DNA of 60,502 bases, counting the filler, from Dugesia japonica (lineage: Eukaryota): NCBI GenBank assembly GCA_001938525.1. It is 6 parts of 6 records of this genome, joined end to end, with 100 filler letters (N's around TTAATTAATTAA, not from the genome) between each part and the next. Parts side by side here need not be neighbours in the genome. Positions count along the whole stretch, not along the records: positions 41,032 to 51,807 come from MQRL01609602.1; positions 51,908 to 60,502 come from MQRL01563140.1; 4 more parts are not named here. One strand, written 5' to 3'. This document shows, in pieces, positions 50,028 through 60,502 of this stretch. Under the pieces are notes generated by a model. The model was given only the letters and a program-made list of their open reading frames with translations. It was not told the origin of the DNA and did not search any database. How positions within the stretch are numbered: the first letter of the stretch is position 1; every line of letters begins with the position of its first letter. Made by a program: the position numbers and the translations under genes.

Positions 50028-51807
50028 ATAGTTGTTTTCTCCATCGGTGGTCAATTTTCATTATTGATAATTCTAAAAAATTTTCACAATTATAATTATT
50101 TGTTTTCAACTTAACTCATTTATAGGATATCATTTTTAATATAAATGTAGAATAATGATCGAACTATTTAATTTTTTTCTCATTTTTCTGAGACAAAAAC
50201 TACTTTCAAAAATTTAAAGAAAAATACAAAAAAATTAAAATATTTATTTTTCTTTTTGTCTTGAAAAAAGTAAATTGAAATAAATTTCATGTTTTATTTT
50301 TAGCAATATTTATTTAACTTTCAAAACTATAAAGGTAATTATTGAAATTATGATATTTCTCGTTAAACAAATATAATAATATTGCCTTGATAAAAAATTT
50401 TTATGTTATGTTTATTCATTAAAATGATCTTATCTCTAAAGTCATTTACATATTTTCAACAACCAACTGAATTATTTACTGTTCCCTGTAGATCGTTTAC
50501 ATATCTATCGCTATTATTGTTTTCTAAATATAAATTATTAATGTGATAATTATTTGATGGGTAGTGGGTTAGAATTGTAGAATGTCTTATATTTCAAACT
50601 AAATTATGTGTAGTTGAATTGGATTTTTATATTTGTCATTGTAATTATATATTATTGTATTGTATTATATATTAAATTATATTATATTATATATTATTAA
50701 ATTGATTCACGTAGCAAAATTGATTCTCAAACAAAAAAAGGTGAAGTCTTATAACACTTTTAACACAAACATAAAATTTTACCAGAACAACATTATATAA
50801 TATGGAAAACACTACAAATAGGCTACATTTCCACACTCACAGAAATAAACATGAAGAATTACTAATTAAAAAGGATAAACCTAAAATAAGTGTAATTTAT
50901 AATAATTTAATAAAATAAAATAAATTTCAAACATTTTTCTAATTCTATAAATAAATTTTGAATAAATGAAAATGTTAATTCCTAAATAAGACAAAAGTCG
51001 AAAATTCGAATTACTAACAACTAAAGAATAAAAAAACATTTTGATGGAAGCTTTTAATTTAATGAAATCTCATACGATCAATGGTTAAGTTCAACAATTA
51101 TTCTCGCAATAATTGTAATTTTAGAATTTTATTAATTGTTATTACACTGATTAAACTTAAATCGATCAAATAATTTTCGTATGGTATCTTAATTTAGGAT
51201 TTCAAATTTTTGTCCGTTTTGTTAATTAAATGTCAAAAGTTTTCATTTGACCAAATGAAATCTAATAAAATCATTCCAAATAAATTTTAAAACTTTAATG
51301 TTATTAATACAAAAGTAAAGTTAAAATTTTAAAAGAATGCCAAGTATGTAAATTTCATAAATTATTTTAAGATATTTTATCCAATGAGAGAATTGGTTGA
51401 ATTTTACTTGTTTGTGATTGAAAAGTTCATATTTTTGTCTCTGTTTTTAATCGGTTACAAATGTCAAGGACATATCGTAAAAATGAAATATAGAATTACA
51501 AAGTTTTAATTGTTGGCCCTACTACATTAGAAAAAACTATGAACTTTTTTTGTAAATTATTTTACAAATAATTCATTTCGCTTAGTAAATTATGTGTTTA
51601 AATCACACTCACTACTTTTTTCAAAGGAACTTAAAAATATATAGAAGTCTTTTTGTATATTTGAAATTATGAACATTTATCCTTTCTTTGAATGAATTTC
51701 GATTTCTAAATTTAAATAAATTTTGATATATTAGTCTCATTAATATTTTATCCAGCAAAAATCTTTCATAGGCTGTTGAAAATGAAAATTAATTGTTTAT
51801 TTTTTCA

Positions 51808-51907
51808 NNNNNNNNNNNNNNNNNNNNNNNNNNNNNNNNNNNNNNNNNNNNTTAATTAATTAANNNNNNNNNNNNNNNNNNNNNNNNNNNNNNNNNNNNN
51901 NNNNNNN
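51808..51907. other. Artificial scaffold-joining linker
   Basis: Same 44N-TTAATTAATTAA-44N pattern. Confidence 0.97.
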
Positions 51908-52059
51908 AAATTCTTATTATTTTTTTCAAAGTTTATATTTTCTAAATATTTTTCTATAATTTTTCGAATTAGAATTATTGCGAGAATAATTGTGTGAGAT
52001 TAACCATTAATCGTATATGATATTTCATTAAAAATGTTTATTAATAACAATATTATTAA

Positions 52060-52119
<60 letters not shown>

Positions 52120-52170
52120 NNNNNNNNNNNNNNNNNNNNNNNNNNNNNNNNNNNNNNNNNNNNNNNNNNN

Positions 52171-52227
<57 letters not shown>

Positions 52228-53169
52228 GTTATTATTATTATAAACGGTTTCAAATTTGTCAAAATATTTGCTTGAATATCACTACAAAATCCAGCTTTTT
52301 CTAATGTTTTAAAGTTATTTCTGATTTTCCTAGGAAGAAATAAAAATATTTAAATTAATTTATCCTTTACATTTATAAATTGAATTTAAGTTATTAAATA
52401 TTTTATTTATAATATTTTACAACATCTAGCCGAATCTTTCATCTAGTGACAGGAGGAAAAGGAAGACGCAGTTTGAGGTCTTAAAAATTTCCGTTTCTAA
52501 AAAAACAATTTTAATATTTACAATTAGTCAATCACCTGAAAAAAGTCTATTATTTTTCAGAAATCTATATAAATTTCCATGAAACAACCTTAATTGCTGC
52601 TATTATATACGATGTAGAATTTGTTGGTAGTAATCATATATAGTTTTTATCAAAATTGTCTACTAAAAGATAAATTGTTTAATTAAAATGAAGAGCCATG
52701 AATATGTAAATAGTAGGTTTTAAACATGTTGGTCAGTTTTTTTAAAAGAAAATACTTTGTAATTGATCATATTGTAAGTGCTTACAACAACTGATGTTCA
52801 TATTAATAAATTTAAGTATTTTTAATTTAAATTGTTTGAAAACCAATTTTCCTCTTTTATTAGATTAATAAATATTAATTAAATAAAATAAAGATTTTGT
52901 TTAAATGAATCAATAAATCGTAATGACTAATTCACAAATTTACATATTACAATTTAGACTTACTTAACAAAAAGAACTTGAAAAGTTATACACTACAAAA
53001 CATTAAATTATGATTAAAAGATTTTTTCAAAATTACCTTTTTTTCCGACTTTAAAATGTTTCTCCAGATTAGGATAACGGATTTAGCTCTATTATATGTT
53101 ATATTAAGCGGAATATCTTTTTTACAGACAAATCTTAGTTAAAACATATGCAATTGCTGAGTGTATATA

Positions 53170-54105
53170 TAGTCCGTTTCAAAAGTCTGTTTGCACCCAT
53201 GTAAATTACAAAAATTACAAAAATGTCGTTTGAAAAGCCAATGGAAAACAAAGAAACATTATATTTACAAACGATAGCAAGTTTATTAATATTATTTTGG
53301 GTATCCTTTCATCTTGATAATAAAGGACACTCTTCGCGGCATGGAATGAACGAGTTTGGGACATAAGGAAGGGGGTATATTATACCATATCTTTTGTAAC
53401 CCCGCCCACATTTCATCAGTATTCAAAGGTCTGAAGGCATTCATTTTGATCTTTATGAAATGCCACAAATTTTTAATCGAATTGGCATAATGTTTATGCA
53501 GATCGATGGCAAACAGCATTGTCATGCTGCAATATGAACCTACGCCGAGATAAGGCCAAGCACTTGCCAACTAGGTCAATTTCATTGACAATTTTGCTTT
53601 AATAGATTGCAGAATTCAACGTGCACTGTATTGGTTTCAAAATTCCTAAGCCGAATCGTGAAAAGCATTTCTAACATGGATTTGCACACCATATTGAATA
53701 ACCTTCTTAGTACAAATAGGACTTAATCTTTCATGTTGAAACGGCCTAATTCTTTGGGGGCGACTATGATTATATGTGCGAAACATTGATTCATCACTGA
53801 AGACAACATCTGCCTATTTATCAACATCCAATTGCTGTTTAGATATCACCAACTGCAATCTTCTTTTCCTTTGCTTTTGATTGTCCAACGGCTTGCTAAC
53901 AGCCGGATGACTTCTTAATCCGTGATTATTGAGAATGCGGTGAACTGTAAATCTGGACACATGTTGAATGCTACCTATGTCACAAGTACGTGCTATTTCC
54001 GTTAACGACATGCTTCTATTTTTCAGGCATACGCGTAGAATAAATCTGTGTGACCGTATTGATAATTTCGGTGGTCTTCCACTGCGTTTCCGATCCACAT
54101 ACATT
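53170..54105 (-). mobile_element. Tc1 transposon remnant with one TIR
   Basis: RSGRPPKLS, VVFSDESMF, NLWH, SMPRR...KGYP; TA|(T)AGTCCGTTTCAAAAGT terminus. Confidence 0.88.
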
Positions 54106-54109
54106 CCTT

Positions 54110-54590
54110 AGGTCTTATATTTATGGATTAATCAACGGATAACCTTTATGCAAAACGTTTGCAGTTATTATTAAAATAGTCCACTTTCCTTCACAAGTAA
54201 TGATACGATCCAAGAAGGTATCAGTGAAATATCTTCTGAAGAGATATGTGGTCATCTTTCCTCTCTTTTTCCTGTAGCTTTTCGTAAGATCACGCGGTAC
54301 CAAGTTTATACAGTTTTTTGACTTTGCCAATCAGTTTCAATATTTAAATTCAGTAGATTGTGAAAAATCTTTGTTGCTATCTCTGACGCACTTTTTATGT
54401 CTTCCTGTACTAACATCCTCATTAACAGTAGAAGCTCCACATTTCTTTCTTTATCTGTAAGAGACTTATTTTCACTTCAAAACGTCTGTAACTATCTCTG
54501 CATAGTACGCTGCTCTATAATTCTCCACAAGATTTGTTTACATATTTATTTGTTGCTGTTGCATTATAATCGAGTTTAAATTCGTGAACT
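54110..54590 (-). pseudogene. mariner transposase fragment abutting the Tc1 remnant
   Basis: LVPRDLT (WVPHEL-like) and FLDRIITCEGKW. Confidence 0.75.
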
Positions 54591-54843
54591 ATAATGATAA
54601 ACAAAGCAATTCTGTCTATGGTAGCAAGTTTTTCCACTGAAAACTAAAATGTAATATAATTTTCTTTATAATGTATAGAAAACATGGTTATTAATTACAT
54701 TAACATAAAAACTAATTTATACAAATTCACTTTTCGTAGATGATTATTTTTCGAATTTTTTATTTTCAATTTTTGCTTTACATTTAACAATCTATCGTTC
54801 TAATAAAATATGATATAATAGTAATCATTTTATTATATTTTAG

Positions 54844-55421
54844 CAAGCTTGCCTTAAAAGGAATACGAAAAACATCACAAAACCACCACCAAAAGGTTGT
54901 GAATGCAAATGTCGTCCACCATATATCTACGATAACAAACCACAATTCAATGCAGTAATTACTGGAGGAGTTTCAAATTGTTTTCAGAGCTGCCATAGTG
55001 CAAGTTTTGTCAGTATTGACAAAAGTTTTGTTACATTTTGGTTGGGTTTATGGGCTGTTCTTTGTTGCCTTAGTAGTACAGCTACCGTTTTAACATTTCT
55101 TCTTGATCGCTCTCGATTCAAATATCCAGAACGTCCAATTGTATTTTTATCTGGTTGTTACATGATGGTCTCAATTGGATATATTATTCGCGTCGCATTA
55201 GGCCATGAATCAATAGCGTGCGATGGAGATAAACTTAGATATGGAACAACTGGTCCTGCACGATGTTCAATTGTATTCTTACTTATATATTTTTTCGGTA
55301 TGGCCGCTTCAGTTTGGTGGGTTATTTTAACGGTTACATGGTTTCTATCTGCTGGTTTGAAATGGGGTAGTGAAGCCATATCAAAATATTCTGAAGTATG
55401 TATTAACTGATAAAAATAATT

Positions 55422-55483
<62 letters not shown>

Positions 55484-56397
55484 NNNNNNNNNNNNNNNNN
55501 NNNNNNNNNNNNNNNNNNNNNNNNNNNNNNNNNNNNNNNNNNNNNNNNNNNNNNTTTTTCTAGATTTTTCATTTTTTGGCTTGGTTCTTGTCTGGGGTGA
55601 AGAGTATTTTGGCTTTGACATTAGTAGCAATTGATGGTGATCCAGTAGGTGGAATATGCTATATTGGTAACACAAACAGCCTCAATTTGAAATTATTCTT
55701 AATAGTCCCTCTCACGGTTTATTTGCTAATTGGTTCGTGTTTTTTGTTGTCTGGGTTCATTGCCTTGGTGAGTATTAGAAAAACAATTCGGGCTAAGGGT
55801 GAATCGAAAACTGATAAATTAGAAAAACTAATGATGCGTATTGGAATATTTGGATTGCTTTATAGTGTTCCAGCTGCTGTTGTTATCGGATGTCATTTTT
55901 ATGAAGTAAGAAATCGAGAGTTCTGGGAAAAATCAAACAATTGTTATTGTAATCGTAATTTCAAATTACAAGAAAACTTTTCAAAGCCAGAATATTCTGT
56001 GTTTATGCTCAAATATTTCATGTGTTTAGTTGTTGGAATTACATCGGGGTTTTGGATTTGGACATCAAAAACCCTCGATTCATGGCACAACGCTTTTCGA
56101 CGAATTTCACAGGGTATTTGTGGGAAATCTGACAAACATATAAAACAGTTTCCCGGTAACGAACAAGAAACCCCACTTTGTCAAATAAATCAAAATCAAA
56201 TCACAAATGGAAAATCAATAGAACAATGTTCCATCAATCAAAACGCTTTAATCAATCCAGCGACACACAACAGCAATATCTATACTCAACATCCTATGGA
56301 AAACAATACTTTAGCTCATCATATTGCTAGCAATGTCCAGCATCATCTTTACGTACACAATGCAAACTCAGATTTGGCCTCGGTGTCCAGGGTATAG
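54844..56397 (+). CDS. fzd5/8: Frizzled-5/8 receptor, last two exons (54844-55395, 55564-56397); CRD exon(s) not in this scaffold
   Basis: CECKCRPP linker, FKYPERPIVFLS, RYGTTGPARC, FFGMAASVWWVIL, KLEKLMMRIG, KTLDSW (KTxxxW), C-terminal SRV; in-frame phase-0 GT-AG intron. Confidence 0.92.
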
Positions 56398-58389
56398 AGA
56401 TTTTTGACAATTTTTCTGTCGATATTATAGTAATTATGGATATTTTTTGATCTCGTAATATAGAAAAAAAATTCGCTATCGCAATCAATATGTAAATATT
56501 TATTTATAAAAAAAAGTGAAACATTATTATTTTTTAAAATAACTGATATTTTTACTTTAATTTTTCTGTAAATAAAGCATTATATAAAATATGGCATAAA
56601 TATTTTTAGAATTATTGATTGTCGAAATTAATAATTACATGATTATTTATAGTTGTTTTTATTACTATTATTATTAATATTTTATTTTATTTTACTGATA
56701 ATAAATTTGAAATATTTAACGAGAATCGTAAGATATTTTATGTGAAATGAAAAAAGATAGTATCTAGTGTTAATATTAAAGCCGTTCAAAGTGTCAATCA
56801 TTTTGACTTTCAGCAGCTTCCAGTGGAATGAGCTAAAAGACAAGCATCATTTGGTCAGTTCTGAGTCATCCATCAATTTTTTTAAAAGTCACTGATGAAA
56901 ATAACTAGTAGAAAAAAAATACTAAGGTTAATTAACTATGGAATTTGCTTTTTCTTTAGGTTTACAGGAAATTGTCATTGTTTTCAGACAAGTTCAATTC
57001 AGTTTGCAGTGAGATGAGAAACAATGGGTATAATATCACCATTTTGGCTGGTTAAAAAAAAATTTACCGTTGACAATGCAATTTCTAATTTTTTTTATAT
57101 CAATGAAAGTGAAAATTTTTCTATCAGTAGAATAATTAATTATTTTGATGAAAACTAATTTTTATTTAAAATTTGATCTCAGTGACTGTTCTATTGAAGT
57201 TGATTAGAATTTTTTTTTTGATATATTTTCTTTGTAATACTTTCTTTTATTCGAATATTTGGTAAATATTGAAATAGAAACATTTAGAAAAAGAAATATT
57301 TTGTTATAATATTATTATAAAAGTGAAATGTCTTTGTTTTTTCTTTAAGAATATTTCTATTTTTTTGTTTAAGTAAATTTTTTATTATGAAAAAAAATAA
57401 TTCTAATTTTGTTTATTTTGTAGTATGAATATTAATTTTTAAAATTTTATAATTTAAAATAAATAGTTATCTTCTATGTTCATAGATTATTCAATATTTC
57501 GATTATTATTCAATTCATTCTGGTAATAAACATTTTAATAAAAACACAATTTTAATTATTCTGATTTAAATTAATATTTATAATTGATTTATTTTAATGT
57601 TTGCACCAATTAATGGATAATATGTTCAATAAATTTATTGTTATAATTATTAACCAATGGAAATTAATTTTAAACCATAGTTCCTGAAGAAGGCATAACC
57701 GAAATATTGAACAATCTATGAAAATAGAAGTACAGCAATTTTAATACTTGCTTTTAATGAATTTCAAATAAAAAAATTTACAGACTAATAGTTAGAATAA
57801 TAAAAAAATATTTTAATTTAATTAATAAGTATTACAAAAATCCCATCTTATACTTAGTTTTAATAATAAATATTTAATAATAAATAATATAAATTAAATT
57901 TTTTAATTCTATTTTATTTTGTTTTATTTGGAAATATATTCATTTTTTATTGCAAAACTTTATGTCGTGTGTTTAAAAAAAATTTTTTTTTATCAATTTT
58001 ATTGTGACATCATTTAATTCTTATCTAATTACGCCCTAATCAAAATAGGAACACGTCATCGATTCGTAGCCAAATATCTGGATTTCTTAGCAGAAAAGAC
58101 AGTCAAGATAAAATGTTTTTTTTTGACAAACAGTAAATGAATTTTATGAATAATAATTTATGATGTAGTTCAAGATTTTGTTAATAACAAATGAAAAAAA
58201 AATATTTAAAAAATAAATTATTTTTTTAAACAAAAATTAGATTTATTTAAAAAAAATTTTTTACGAATAAAATCAAGTGAAACTTCAATATTTTTCATGA
58301 ATTACTCATTGAATTTTTGGCACAAAGAATAATTCTAATTGATTCAGAAGTTGCCTGTTTTGTTTTATGAAAATTGATTTAGAAAAATA

Positions 58390-58459
58390 CAGTCGAACCT
58401 CTCTATAATATTATTCAGTTCCGGTCCCGATGGGGTCACGTTATAGGGAAGTTCGAATG
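58390..58459. mobile_element. 70-bp pogo/Tigger-like MITE, same family as 5693-7401
   Basis: TA|CAGTCGAACCTCTCTATAA...CAGTTCCGGTCCCGATGGG...TTATAGGGAAGTTCGAATG|TA. Confidence 0.85.
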
Positions 58460-58541
58460 TAATATGAAAACGTCTATTTAAATTTATTTTATTAATATAT
58501 CATGTAAAATAATAAACAAGAATAATATACTTTGAATAATA

Positions 58542-58956
58542 CAGTGCAGCTCCGTTAACTCGAGGTCACTGTGGTCTATGATATGCCCCCTCGGATTAAG
58601 TGAAGTTTATATTTGTCATTTAACAAATAATAAAGAACATGTACAAAACAAATAAGAAAGAAAATGTACAAAACAAATAAAATACATTTATTATTAATAC
58701 ATATTTGTACAAATATAACTTGCAATCAATTTTTAATCAACCAGTCTGTAATATTATGTGGTTTTCTATAACTGTTTTGAAATTTTTTGCATTTCTGGAA
58801 CATATTTCTTGCTTGCAAGACTCGGGTCTGAATGCCATTTTGTTCATATTAGTCATTATGTATTGTTACTATGCTGATTATTGCTATGTATGTGTAAATT
58901 CGGGAGCCAAGACAGAACCGTGGGTTAACGAGGCGCGGGTTAACGGGACTGCACTG
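58542..58956. mobile_element. pogo/Tigger-like MITE
   Basis: TA|CAGTGCAGCTCCGTTAAC ... GTTAACGGGACTGCACTG|TA. Confidence 0.85.
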
Positions 58957-59708
58957 TATTTTAAAAATGGTGTTTCTCGAGAATTTTTAATAAATATTTT
59001 CAATGTAATGTTTCTATTGTAAAAAGATATGAAATATAAATTCAAGGATAAAAAAATGTTCTTAAAATTATAAGCAAATATATTTTTTAAAATTTTATCA
59101 TATTTCATTTATTTTACTAAATTAATCTTAGTGTTTATTGAACAAATCTTTACAATCGATAGATTCTATACTAATTTTGGTTTGCACTTATTTGAATTTA
59201 CCTTGCCTTTTCGATAAAATCCACAAAATAATTAACTTAATTAGTTAAATTAAAAATAATTAAACGCTGTTAAACTTTTAAGCCTAATTTTAAATAAATA
59301 CTTATTACTTTCTATTAAGCTGTGACTTCTAGCTAAAAACTCAAGGTTTTATTGACTTTGTCAAGATACCCACAAGGTATCCAATAAAATTTTAAAAAAA
59401 TAAGATTTCGCTAAAAATGTTTTTCATACCTTTGCAAAATTCTTTTGGTCACATCCTATCTGTAATTTTACTTTAATTAATTTCCTAGTTACTTCTACTT
59501 TTTATTTATTTTTTTTCATTTATTTATTTTCATTTATTTATTATCTTACTAAACTAAAATCGATTTTTATTTTCACTTTAACAAAATATCTAAATCAAAA
59601 TTAACTAATATTTAAAGCAACACGATGCGATATGTGTTTTAATAATATTAATTATTAAGTGTAGTTTTCAAATAGAACTTTAGTAAAATTCATTGTTTAT
59701 CAATAATA

Positions 59709-60420
59709 TGGCGTCACCAACATTGTTGGTTAAATGAAAAAAAGATATTTATCAAGAAATTTACAAATGGAAAAAATATTTCTATTCCTGTTGACAAATT
59801 CGAAAAATTTGCCGAAGAACAAAAAATTTAACTCTTATCAATATTTCTGAAAGAGTTAAATAATCGTTTGGCAGTCAGAGCCAGATAAATTATGAAACCA
59901 AACACTCTTGAAGAAGATTTTAATTTCATGAAAAGAGAAGATAAAACTCGATATAATAATAAACTGTGAATTATTAGCAATGGCATCAACAAGAAAAAAA
60001 ACAAGAAATGGAAATTTTAAAACTGAGAAAAATTGAGAATGAAAATTGTAAAAATCGTATTTGGAAAGAAACCATGAACAGATTCTTTAAATCATCCAGT
60101 TCAAAGATCAAACAAGAAATAAAATATTATAATTGCAACGGAAAAGGTCATATTGCTAGAAATTGTAACAAACCATTACTATACTGTAGTTACTAACTGT
60201 AAACGATCCCGACAAATATCTTGATTTTATCAATCAGCAAAATGATCCATTATTCAGAAAGAGGCTTTTTGAAGACTCAGAAAAATGAATGACTATTCGA
60301 ATATTGAAAATGATGAAGCCAGTTATGATTATAAAAAGGAATCTGCAGATAATAATCAACTTTTCCAGATTATTTCCAAAGAAAGTGTAGAATTACATTC
60401 AGAAAATTATAAATTAAATA
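59709..60420 (+). mobile_element. 5' part of a Ty3/gypsy element (PBS and gag remnant)
   Basis: PBS-like TGGCGTCACC at 59709; zinc knuckle YYNCNGKGHIARNC; resembles the gag region of the 14098 element. Confidence 0.65.
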
Positions 60421-60502
60421 CTTAGTATTTTGCTTTTATATCCTCTTTTTTATTAAAATACATACTTATCAAATTACTTTTTTTTGATTTCAATTATGTC
60501 AT

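Noticed and set aside
52034-52243. Poly-Ile/Leu/Asn ORFs (also 11074-11331, 55370-55675)
   Set aside because: (ATT)n microsatellites and N gaps
56760-57050. Slightly GC-richer stretch with possible splice sites after frizzled
   Set aside because: Stops in all frames tried; no RNA or protein family recognised

Overview
Very AT-rich metazoan genomic DNA (intron-containing frizzled and tubulin genes, (ATT)n microsatellites). It looks like an invertebrate, possibly planarian-like, but the species cannot be determined from the sequence. The window is not contiguous: five artificial 100-bp linkers (44 N + TTAATTAATTAA + 44 N) join six unrelated ~10-kb scaffolds: A 1-10399, B 10500-20948, C 21049-31207, D 31308-40931, E 41032-51807, F 51908-60502. 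Host genes are the 3' exons of a frizzled-5/8 gene, a highly divergent alpha-tubulin (E254G, no K40 loop, ~220-aa tail) and a possible spliced hypothetical gene. Most of the rest is transposon debris: several Ty3/gypsy elements with very short LTRs, solo LTRs, Tc1/mariner fragments, hAT and pogo MITEs, plus a 5.8S rRNA pseudogene. The most interesting part is scaffold C and the start of D, a decayed virus-like gene cluster. Its right arm has Polinton/Maverick (adintovirus-like) genes: repeated HTH genes, a probable capsid N-terminus, and a parvovirus-type PLA2 one frameshift away from the integrase. Scaffold D adds an adenain protease, an exonuclease-like gene and a palindrome array. A divergent left arm encodes a membrane-protein-like region, an intronless BIR-BIR-RING inhibitor of apoptosis and a coiled-coil protein. 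A perfect 29-bp inverted repeat with AGTAGT/ACTACT ends and two facing TATA boxes separates the arms. All calls are from reading motifs by eye; no database searches were run.
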